Shown one piece after another: positions 28,331 to 36,659 of a stretch of 64,000 bases of DNA (position 1 is its first letter; every line of letters starts with the position of its first letter). Origin of the DNA: Opitutia bacterium (GTDB taxonomy: Bacteria > Verrucomicrobiota > Verrucomicrobiia > Opitutales > T3Sed10-336); NCBI GenBank assembly GCA_050506795.1, contig JBJHCF010000003.1:143477-207476 (forward strand), given 5' to 3'. The notes below the pieces were generated by a model. That model saw only the letters and a program-made list of their open reading frames with translations, was not told where the DNA came from and did no database searches. A program made the position numbers and the translations under genes.

Positions 28331-30481
28331 TTATCGCGTTTCCAACAGGATCACGTTTCCCTGAAAGTCGCCGGACAGGTTTAGGCTGAGCGTTTGATCG
28401 ACAATCGATGCTTTGGGTTCCGTAAGGGAATCCGCGATACGCCAGGAAGCCGGCGAGGGCGGGAGCGGAATCTCCACTTCGGCCGGCGATTCGGCGAAGG
28501 TATGGATCACGACCAGCGCCTGCGGCCCATTGCTTCCGGTCCGTACCACGGCCTGCCAGCCGCGCGGGTGCCGCCAGCTTTCGCCAATTTGGCCGAAACG
28601 ACGGCTGCGCCCGTGTTTGATAACGGGGACCGCCAAACGGTACAGGCGCTGGGCGTTCAGGACGAGGTCCCATTGCTTCTCGGAAAGCTCGGCGATGCCC
28701 CCGGAGAGACACATACGACCCAGGAAGGTGGCGGCCAGACTGTAGGCCAGGCGCCGCATGCTGTCAGAGCGGTGCAGAACGGCCCAGATCTGGGATTGGC
28801 GGGGGAGCATGAGGCGATGCAGGTTGGCGGCGATGATGGGGATTTCCACCGCTTCGTGGGCGTCGGAGAACGAGGACATGGCGGTGCGTCCGAGCATGGA
28901 AGGCTCCAGCCGGTGGCCGCCGGAGGCGCAGTTTTCGATCACCAGTCCAGGCAGGCGCTCGCGGAGGGCCGTCAGAAACCGGTATCCGGCCAGAACCTGC
29001 CGGCGCAGCCCTTCTCCGAGCGAATCGGGGTGGTCGGATCCGATGCCGGCGGTCTCGTTGTAATCGATTTTCAGATACCCGAATCCGTCCCGTTCGAGAC
29101 GATCGATCACTTTTTCGGTGAGGTAGTCGAAGGCCTTTGGATCGTTCAGGTTGAGGAATCGTCGTTCCCGCACCGTGATCGGCTGCCCGTCGCGTTGCAG
29201 GGTGTGCGCGGCCATTTCGCAGAAGGCGGTGGACTGGGAGCCCAGCGTTTCCATTTCGAACCAGAGTCCGGGAATCATGCCGGCTTCCCGGATGGCCGCC
29301 GCGGTTTGGTCGAGGCCGCCGGGAAAAAGGTCTTCGCCGGGGTTCCAGTCCCCGTGCCCACTGCTCCAATCCGTATTCTTCTCTTTGTACCAGCCCGCGT
29401 CGATCACCAAGTAGCGCACCTCGGATCCTTTCAGCCGGTTGGCGATGGCGACGATTTTTTCGTGACGCGGATCGCCCCAGGTGGTGCACCATTCATTAAA
29501 GACGATGGGCAGGTCGTGTTCGACCTCCGGATGCGTTTCCGCAGACCGTTGCTGTACGGCGGTCATTCGGTCGCAAAGGTCGTCAAGGTCGCCGGCGACG
29601 CAGGAAATATAGGCGGGGGGAGTGATGAGGGATTCGCCCGGCGCCAGGGTTTTCATCCAGTGCCCGAACTCGCGGTCGGCCAGGCCGCCGGACAGGCAGA
29701 CGTCGTCGTGTTGGCGGAAAACTTCCATCTGCCAGGAACCCGCCCAGGCGAGTTGCGCGCCCCAGAGGACACCCGCTTCGGTGTCCTCCACGGCCACAAA
29801 CGGGAACCAGCGTCGCACCGGCAGGGTGCCGACCTGACCGAAACGCTCGCTGAAAGCTCCGGCCCCGCTCCAGGAACGCTCCAGGTGCAGGCCTTCGATT
29901 GATTGGGTGTCCAGGCGTCCCTCCGCGCTCCAGACGGATCGGAAGCGGTGCACTTTGAGGCGCCCGGGAGCGTCGGCGGAATGGAACGGGGTGATTCCGC
30001 CCAGGGAAAAGCTGCTGAGCATTTCGAGGGTGATCGGGTGGGAGGACCGATTGTGGCAAAGGGTGGAAACCTCGATCGCGGACTCGCCTTCGATCCAGGA
30101 GATGCGGTGTTCGAGGTTGATGCCGGCGGAGTCCTCCAGACGGGTGATCCGGGTGGCGCGGTTGCCTTCGGTCACGGTTTCGTGGGACGCATACCGGAAG
30201 CGGTCCACCGATGGGCTGTTGCGCATGCTGTGCCCCTGGACAAAGGCGCCCGGATAGGGATCGCCGAGTCGTTTGATTTGCACCAATGAATCGATGCTCG
30301 CGGCCGGCGCATCATGGGGTCCCGGGGTTCCAGGAAGGTGTGGAAGCCCGCCCAGGGTCTTGCGACGAGGCTTCAACGATCCGTTGAGCGCGGAAGGGAA
30401 AAGCATCAGCCCCAGAGCTCCGGTTTCCGGATCGTACGGGAAGCGAACGGTGATGTCGGCAATGCGCAAGTCGGCAATCAT
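28331..30481 (-). CDS. Alpha-galactosidase (GH36)
   Basis: FNEW, VIDAGW, GLWFEME, YLKIDYN and ENCASGG motifs. Confidence 0.9.
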   Translation of the reverse strand: MIADLRIADITVRFPYDPETGALGLMLFPSALNGSLKPRRKTLGGLPHLPGTPGPHDAPAASIDSLVQIKRLGDPYPGAFVQGHSMRNSPSVDRFRYASHETVTEGNRATRITRLEDSAGINLEHRISWIEGESAIEVSTLCHNRSSHPITLEMLSSFSLGGITPFHSADAPGRLKVHRFRSVWSAEGRLDTQSIEGLHLERSWSGAGAFSERFGQVGTLPVRRWFPFVAVEDTEAGVLWGAQLAWAGSWQMEVFRQHDDVCLSGGLADREFGHWMKTLAPGESLITPPAYISCVAGDLDDLCDRMTAVQQRSAETHPEVEHDLPIVFNEWCTTWGDPRHEKIVAIANRLKGSEVRYLVIDAGWYKEKNTDWSSGHGDWNPGEDLFPGGLDQTAAAIREAGMIPGLWFEMETLGSQSTAFCEMAAHTLQRDGQPITVRERRFLNLNDPKAFDYLTEKVIDRLERDGFGYLKIDYNETAGIGSDHPDSLGEGLRRQVLAGYRFLTALRERLPGLVIENCASGGHRLEPSMLGRTAMSSFSDAHEAVEIPIIAANLHRLMLPRQSQIWAVLHRSDSMRRLAYSLAATFLGRMCLSGGIAELSEKQWDLVLNAQRLYRLAVPVIKHGRSRRFGQIGESWRHPRGWQAVVRTGSNGPQALVVIHTFAESPAEVEIPLPPSPASWRIADSLTEPKASIVDQTLSLNLSGDFQGNVILLETR

Positions 30482-30585
30482 AAATTGCAAAAGGAATAAT
30501 GGAAGCCCGAGATGCGCGACGAAACCCGTACAGGAGTTTCATTGGAAACTGACCGCGGGAACCGGGGGAATCGGCGACGTCGTCT

Positions 30586-30776
30586 CCGTAGCGCCGCTCT
30601 TCAGACGGCGTCTTCCAACCGGCGGGCAAACTGCCCGCGCCCCAGAACCGGAACCAAGCTTCACCACGAAGGACACGAAAAGCACGAAGGGTAACGTCGC
30701 GGAACCAGGAACCCCGATCTTCGAACCAAGAACTCAACCACAGATTTCTCAGATGGACACGGATAAGGGAGAGGGG
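30586..30776 (+). repeat. Dispersed ~190-bp repeat, family A copy 1
   Basis: Shares CCGTAGCGCCGCTCTTCAGACGGCG, CCAAGCTTCACCACGAAGGACACGAAAAGCACGAAGGGTAA and CAACCACAGATT with 63419-63612. Confidence 0.85.
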
Positions 30777-31141
30777 AGTGTGGCGCCGGTTGATGGTTGC
30801 TGGTTGTGGGGGATCTTCCGTAGCGCCCTGCTTTAGCGGGCGAACCACCGTCGCAAGGAGGCGAGGAGCGCGGAAGTATTGGAGCAGTGGAGCCGGAGCG
30901 AGGGGGCGGAATCACTGGGAACGCGGGCATACCTGCCTGTGGGAATCCAGCAATCTGTGGTCAAAATCTCCGTGACCCCTCACCGGCCCGAGCTTGTCAT
31001 TTCGACCCAAACTCCAACAATTGGTGGCAATCCTCCCCCCCTCCCAGGATCGTCGCCCGAGATCCGCCTGAACAGCCGTTTCTTGCCCTGGGCCTTGTGA
31101 GGAACGGAAAAATCTTTTTCTTGACTTCATTATGTTCCGTG

Positions 31142-31161
31142 ATTTCTGTCCTTACAGAAAT
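31142..31161. promoter_or_regulatory. Putative operator of the GbsR-family regulator
   Basis: Perfect inverted repeat ATTTCTGT-N4-ACAGAAAT over the regulator's start codon; a related site lies at 31758-31777. Confidence 0.65.
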
Positions 31162-31714
31162 GGAGAAAATAGACCTTACGCCCGCGCAGCAGCATTACAT
31201 CCTTCACTGGGGAGAGATGGGGACCCATTGGGGCATCAACCGGACGGTGGCCCAGGTCCATGCTTTGCTTTTCATTTCGCCGGATCCGCTCAATGCTGAA
31301 CAGATCAGTAACACTCTCCAGGTGGCGCGGTCGAATGTCAGCAACTCGCTTCGTGAACTGATGGGCTGGGGCATCGTTCGCCGGGTCCATGTCCTCAGTG
31401 ATCGCCGCGATCACTTCGAGTCGCTGGAGGATGTTTGGGACATGTTTCGAATCATCCTGAATGAACGCAAGAAACGGGAGATCGACCCCACCCTGGTGAT
31501 GCTGGAAGAGTGCCTGAAGGAGGCCCGGAAGGAAAAAGGGGACGGAAGCCGCTATACCGCCAATCGTCTGCAGGACCTTCACGACTTCATGAACATCACC
31601 TCCCGATGGTACGGCCAGATCAGCAAGTGGCCGACCAACTTGCTGGTCCGTTTTCTCAAAACCGGGGACGGTCTGCTCGGACTGTTTCAGAAGAAAAAGA
31701 AGGAAACGGAGTAA
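31160..31714 (+). CDS. GbsR/MarR family transcriptional regulator
   Basis: HWGEMGTHWGINRTVAQVHALL...ARSNVSNSLREL winged HTH. Confidence 0.88.
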   Translation: MEKIDLTPAQQHYILHWGEMGTHWGINRTVAQVHALLFISPDPLNAEQISNTLQVARSNVSNSLRELMGWGIVRRVHVLSDRRDHFESLEDVWDMFRIILNERKKREIDPTLVMLEECLKEARKEKGDGSRYTANRLQDLHDFMNITSRWYGQISKWPTNLLVRFLKTGDGLLGLFQKKKKETE

Positions 31715-31757
31715 CGCCAAACCAAAGGAAGTCCTATCGGGTTTATCACCGAATTTT

Positions 31758-31777
31758 ATTTCTGTTATTTCTGAAAT
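31758..31777. promoter_or_regulatory. Second putative GbsR-type operator
   Basis: ATTTCTGT-TATT-TCTGAAAT upstream of the MBOAT gene. Confidence 0.55.
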
Positions 31778-31787
31778 TCCTGTTATT

Positions 31788-32765
31788 ATGATCACGCAAG
31801 ACAGGCAACAAGGTGGCGGCCGCCGGATCTGCGCCGTTCTTTACCGGTGGGTTGCGACAAACCATTATCGCTACGGCGTCGTCTGCGCCATGCGGCGCTC
31901 ATTTTTTCCGGCCATTTTGGTAACGGCGGCCGCCTTCCTGCCGATCGCCGCTTTCGCGACGACTCGTCACCTGGAACCGTGGATCATGATGTGGGCTCTC
32001 GCGGTCGGGATCTTTTTCGCCTGCAAACTCCTGATGCTCGCCCGGCATTTTCGGAACTGGACGGCCTCCTGGAAAATCGTCTCCTACCTGTTCTTTTGGC
32101 CGGGAATGGATCCTCGCCCTTTTAGGGAACGAGCGAAGTCGGCACCGCGTCCGCCGATTCAGGCATGGCTTGCTCCTGCCGCGAAACTTACGGCTGGGAT
32201 CCTCCTCCTGGGGGCGATCGTGCCAACGATCGGAGGCGCCCGGCCACTGGCGGCCGCTTGGTTCGGAATGGCCGGGATCGTTCTCGTGTTGCACTTCGGA
32301 CTGTTTCATCTCCTCACCCTGTTTTGGCAATTGAGGGGGGTTCCGGTTCGTCCGCTGATGGAGACCCCGTTTCGAGCCACCTCGCTGGCCGATTTCTGGG
32401 GCGGCCGCTGGAACCGTCCCTTCAGCGACCTTTCTCGGGACCTGGTCTATCGTCCGCTCTGGCGGCGGATCGGTCCGGCGTCCTGCACGATGCTCGTCTT
32501 CCTGATCTCGGGCCTGGTGCATGATCTGGTGATCTCGGCGCCGTCCCGGGGCGGCTATGGCCTGCCGACGCTCTACTTTCTCGTCCAGGGAATCGGACTT
32601 CTCGTGGAGCGGTCTGCGGCCGGGAGGCGGCTTGGTTTCGGTGAAGGGCTTCGGGGGCGGGTTTTTGCCCTGACGGTTTTGGCCGCACCGCTTTTTTGGC
32701 TCTTCCATCCGGCCTTCATTGAACGGGTCGTTCTTCCATTCCTCAAAACCATCCAAAGCTTATGA
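31788..32765 (+). CDS. MBOAT family membrane-bound O-acyltransferase
   Basis: SLADFWGGRWN and SGLVHD motifs. Start uncertain (31788 or 31890). Confidence 0.82.
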   Translation: MITQDRQQGGGRRICAVLYRWVATNHYRYGVVCAMRRSFFPAILVTAAAFLPIAAFATTRHLEPWIMMWALAVGIFFACKLLMLARHFRNWTASWKIVSYLFFWPGMDPRPFRERAKSAPRPPIQAWLAPAAKLTAGILLLGAIVPTIGGARPLAAAWFGMAGIVLVLHFGLFHLLTLFWQLRGVPVRPLMETPFRATSLADFWGGRWNRPFSDLSRDLVYRPLWRRIGPASCTMLVFLISGLVHDLVISAPSRGGYGLPTLYFLVQGIGLLVERSAAGRRLGFGEGLRGRVFALTVLAAPLFWLFHPAFIERVVLPFLKTIQSL

Positions 32766-33181
32766 AACTCGAAATCCTAATCTTACTTGGAGGAGCCCTT
32801 CACTTCCTGATCCTGATCGCGAGCGCGCAGGCTCCGCGACTCCTCGGGTGGAAGGAACATCTCGCCAGCCTTCCGGAGCAACTGCGCCTCCTGTTTTGGG
32901 TTTACGGCGGGTTTATCGTGCTGACGATCGTTGGCTTTGGCGTTCTCTCGGCCCTGTTCTTCGAAGAGATCGCCGCCGGCTCTCCGCTGGCGCGCGGATT
33001 CGCCGCCTTTGTGGCTCTGTTTTGGGCCGCCCGGCTCGGCGTGCAGTTCTGGATCTTCGATGCCAAAGCAATGCTCACGCGGCCGATTCACCGGTTTGGA
33101 TACCACCTTTTAACGATTCTCTTCGTCCTCATCGTTCTGATCTATGCGTCAGCGGCACTTCAACTGGAGCCCTTCGGGTGA
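32762..33181 (+). CDS. Four-helix membrane protein, hypothetical
   Basis: Hydrophobic 139-aa ORF overlapping the MBOAT stop (ATGA). Confidence 0.75.
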   Translation: MKLEILILLGGALHFLILIASAQAPRLLGWKEHLASLPEQLRLLFWVYGGFIVLTIVGFGVLSALFFEEIAAGSPLARGFAAFVALFWAARLGVQFWIFDAKAMLTRPIHRFGYHLLTILFVLIVLIYASAALQLEPFG

Positions 33182-33216
33182 CGCGACCTGTTGTCCTTTG
33201 CCAACCGTATAATGAA

Positions 33217-33648
33217 ATGAATACAATCGAAAATCTAACCTTTTCGCTTCAGACGGTGGCCGTCCTGCAGTTGGGTGTCGCCATTATCAATCTGAGACTT
33301 GTCAGAATTCTTCACTGGGAGGAGGAAGTGAAAAACATGAGCCTGCTCCTCCGCCAGGTCTTTCAGATCCATGGCTGGTATATTTCTCTGACGATGGCGA
33401 TCTTTGCGGTGCTGACCTGGCGGTTCGCCGGCGAGATGGCGATTGGCGCCCACCCCGCCCTGCAGTGGCTTTGCGGGTCGATCGCGCTCTTTTGGGGATC
33501 GCGGGTCATTCTCCAGTTCGTTCACTACAGCCCGAGTCACTGGAAAGGCCGCCCTGGACGAACGGTGATTCATTGCCTGTTGATCCTGACCTATACCGGT
33601 TTCACCATCACCTATTTGCTCGGGGCAATTGCGATCGCCACGGGCTAG
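33217..33648 (+). CDS. Membrane protein, probable paralogue of the upstream gene
   Basis: Shares the pattern L.W.E....LLR..F...ALFW..R...QF with the upstream ORF. Confidence 0.7.
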   Translation: MNTIENLTFSLQTVAVLQLGVAIINLRLVRILHWEEEVKNMSLLLRQVFQIHGWYISLTMAIFAVLTWRFAGEMAIGAHPALQWLCGSIALFWGSRVILQFVHYSPSHWKGRPGRTVIHCLLILTYTGFTITYLLGAIAIATG

Positions 33649-33652
33649 GAAC

Positions 33653-33792
33653 ATGAAAACGACCTGTGAGGCCCCTCCGACAATTTCTGAAGACGCTCGC
33701 GCCACATTCCTGGAGTGGGAGGGGCGGCCCATCCTTTTCGCGGACTGGAAACCGGCGCTGTTCGTTCACTTCGCGGTCGAGCCGAGGCTTCT
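33653..33792 (+). pseudogene. Truncated DUF2071/YqjF-like gene
   Basis: PILFADWKPALFVHFAVEPRLLQ resembles the DUF2071 N-terminus, then the frame runs into a family A repeat. Confidence 0.6.
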
Positions 33793-33852
33793 CCAACCGC
33801 CCGACAAACCACGCACGCCCCCAAAACCGGAACCAAGCTTCACCACGAAGGA
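33793..33852 (+). repeat. Partial copy of repeat family A
   Basis: CCAACCGCCCGACAAACCAC...CCGGAACCAAGCTTCACCACGAAGGA. Confidence 0.8.
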
Positions 33853-34174
33853 GTGCTTCCGTGTGACCCAGTTCTCATCGAGCAAGACTCGCCCCTATGC
33901 GCCTCCTTACTCGCTCCGAAGCTTCTTCCGTCCGCGAAGCCGCCTTGCTCCAATCCATAGTGCACAAAAGGTGGCTATAAAGGTCGCGCTCGTTGCCGGT
34001 TCGGGGATAATGGTAATACTGTGAAATGTCAGGCTGGTTTCGGGAAGAATCCTGCTATTGAATCAACTCCGCGGGTGCGTCCGGAATGGGTTCCATGCGG
34101 CGGTGGCGTCAGTCATCAATCCTTCGGGGAACAATTGGATTAGCGTGAATGGGATTCGGTTAATCGGTTGATTG

Positions 34175-34366
34175 TTTGAGAAACCGAATCGAAATCGAAA
34201 TCGATCCTCTGCTCGCCGCCGGTGCGGGGCAGGATGCCCGCGCTCGTGTGCCGGCGGCCATTGGGGAGCATGGCCGCCCTCCAGGGGAACGGCCGATGCG
34301 ATCAAGCTAAGCTCCTTTGATCCACCACCTTAACCGAGTGCCATTCGGATTACAGTGCGCTCGGAA
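34175..34366 (+). repeat. Repeat family B, left copy
   Basis: Diverged reverse complement of 36433-36602; shared blocks AAACCGAATCGAAATCG, GGATGCCCGCGCTC, GCCGGCGGCCAT, GCCGATGCG, GATCCACCA. Confidence 0.8.
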
Positions 34367-34384
34367 AGATTTACATCGTCACTG

Positions 34385-35365
34385 CTACTGGATCTCGCGA
34401 ATTCGTTGCGACCATTCCCGGGGAGTGATGATCGGATCGCTGCGGTCGTTGATGCGAAAGCGTTCCCGGGCCTCCTCTCGCGCGCCGTTGAAGTCGAGGA
34501 GATCGTGTTCGTGAAGCACGTTGTCGGCGAGTCCGGGGAAGAGGATTCGGAGGTCGTTTCGCAGCGGGCGGGCGGTCAGTTTGTTGACGTGGAGGAGAAT
34601 GTTGGTCACGCAGTTGTTGGTGACGGAGTTGTAGTACTCGGGGTGCCGCGACAGGTGGTCAGCGCGTTCAATCATGGAGCGAAAGAGAGCCCGGGCGTTT
34701 TCCGGGGCGGTCCGAATCGGGTAAAGGTAAACCGGATTCCGGCGCACGTTCGTACGCTCGCCGATCAGGTCGGTTTCTCGCCCGATTACGTAGATCAGTT
34801 CATAGTTTCGGAACAGGCCGGGAAGTGGGTGGTAGGATTGACCTGCCGGTCGCCTGGCCTCGACCGAGATTGCCAGGTGTCTGCCGTCGGAGAAGGCAAA
34901 CGTTAGAAATCCGTGCGCCACTAGGCCTCTGGGCGAGAGGATTTCGTGCACGAAATCGACCCGTTCGATTTCGTCGATCGGGAAGGCATCCGATTCCCAG
35001 TTGCGCAATGTTATCTGGCCGTCCTCGCCAAACGTCCGGTTGCGGATGTTTTCGATGATGACGGTTTCGTCAATGAACGAGACCCGCACCGCGTTCTCCT
35101 GGTCAGGGATCCAGGCGCGCGCGGCGCTCGGGGCGCGGGTGAAGTGGATCGTGCCGATCACGACAATCCCGGCTGCGGTGGCGCCGATCCAGAGGGAATC
35201 GAAGCGCCTGTGGAACCCTCCGCCTGCAACCGCGAGCGCCCAGAGCGATGCCAGGAGGACGCCGGCCGTCAGAGGTAATGCCGGGGAAAGGACAGTGGCG
35301 AGGCACGACCAGAGGAAGAACGGAGCGAGACTCCCCGCAAATATCAGATTGGTTCTGCGAGCCAT
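34385..35365 (-). CDS. DUF4105 (Lnb N-terminal domain) membrane protein
   Basis: AHGFLTF.F, AISVEAR, YELIYV...E.D and YNSVTNNC motifs. Confidence 0.8.
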   Translation of the reverse strand: MARRTNLIFAGSLAPFFLWSCLATVLSPALPLTAGVLLASLWALAVAGGGFHRRFDSLWIGATAAGIVVIGTIHFTRAPSAARAWIPDQENAVRVSFIDETVIIENIRNRTFGEDGQITLRNWESDAFPIDEIERVDFVHEILSPRGLVAHGFLTFAFSDGRHLAISVEARRPAGQSYHPLPGLFRNYELIYVIGRETDLIGERTNVRRNPVYLYPIRTAPENARALFRSMIERADHLSRHPEYYNSVTNNCVTNILLHVNKLTARPLRNDLRILFPGLADNVLHEHDLLDFNGAREEARERFRINDRSDPIITPREWSQRIREIQ

Positions 35366-35667
35366 CTTGGTTGAATCCTGACGGCCCCGGCTGCACGAGT
35401 GAAGCCGGAAATCAATTGCCCGGCGATTCATCATGTCGATTTTCGGAATGGCTCCCTTTGGCGATCATCGAAATCCGGAGGAGGCGTGGGAGGTCATACC
35501 GTCGGCGGTCGAACTCGGTGAATCCGGATCGCAGCCCACACTTGAAGGACGCCTTGTACGGCGGTTCGAGGTTCCATTTGAAGGTTCCTGGTATGAGCTT
35601 GCCGAGTTCAACATGGCGCACGCTCACTTGCTCGTTAAGTACGACGAAATTCGATGGCGAGCCGAGG

Positions 35668-36325
35668 AAACCCGCCCTGGGTGCCTACGGCGACGGGACG
35701 GCTATCACTCCGGAGATGGATCGGCTGGCCGCGATGGGCATGCGTTTCGAGTCGGCGTATTCGAATCAGGCGGTATGCGCTCCGTCCCGCTACAGCCTGA
35801 TGCTGGGAAGCCGCTCCACGTCGACCGGGATCTACGATTTCGGCAGGAACTTTCGGGATTTTTATCCGCATGCGATCACGCTTCCCCAGCAATTCATGCA
35901 TCACGGATATCATGCCGAAGCGATGGGCAAGGTGTACCATATCGGTCACAATACTTACAATGACGACGCTCCTCGAATTGGCCGGAGTGCCGATGCGTGA
36001 GACCTCGCAACCGATCGACGGCGTCAGCTTGGTTCCGGTCCTGCGGGATCCCGAGGCCCGGGTGCGTGACTACGCTTATCACTGCTTCGGACACGGGGGA
36101 CGTATGGGGCGCGCGATCCGGACGGCCGACTACCGTCTCGTCGAATGGAAGCGAATCGGCGAAGCGCCGGAAACCGCGGATATCGAGCTTTACGAATACG
36201 GCGAAGGTCCGGTCGAGCGCCGGAATATCGCCGACGAAAAACCTGAAGTCGTGGCCGAATTGCGCGCGATACTGGATCGCCATCCGGAAGCGAGGCACGT
36301 CAGACCGGAGAGCGCGTGGCGGTGA
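35668..36325 (+). pseudogene. Internally deleted sulfatase gene
   Basis: N-terminal part (CAPSR, GKVYH) is joined out of frame at about 35965 to the C-terminal part (TLLELAG...DGVSLVPVL...ELYE). The start and the middle are missing. Confidence 0.82.
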
Positions 36326-36432
36326 GTGAGCCGGCGGCCGCGTGAGAAGTGCGGACGTTTATTGTTTTTTGAAAACCACTAATTAAAGATCGATTTTGCT
36401 TCGGAGTCATCCCGCAAGGCGAGATGCCACGA

Positions 36433-36602
36433 CCGAGGACCTTAACCGGATTAGTACTTGTTTAAGATGGTGGATCGAAGGCGTGTATCTAAACGCATCG
36501 GCTGTTCCGCTGGAGGGCCATGCTCCCGCATGGCCGCCGGCTTGGGAGCGCGGGCATCCAGGAAGCAGAGACGCGATTCCGATTTCGATTCGGTTTATCA
36601 AA
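36433..36602 (-). repeat. Repeat family B, right (inverted) copy
   Basis: Inverted counterpart of 34175-34366. Confidence 0.8.
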
Positions 36603-36659
36603 TGATGAACTCGCTTGACTGAGTGGCATTCGCCTTAACCGAGTGGCATGCGGGCTACA

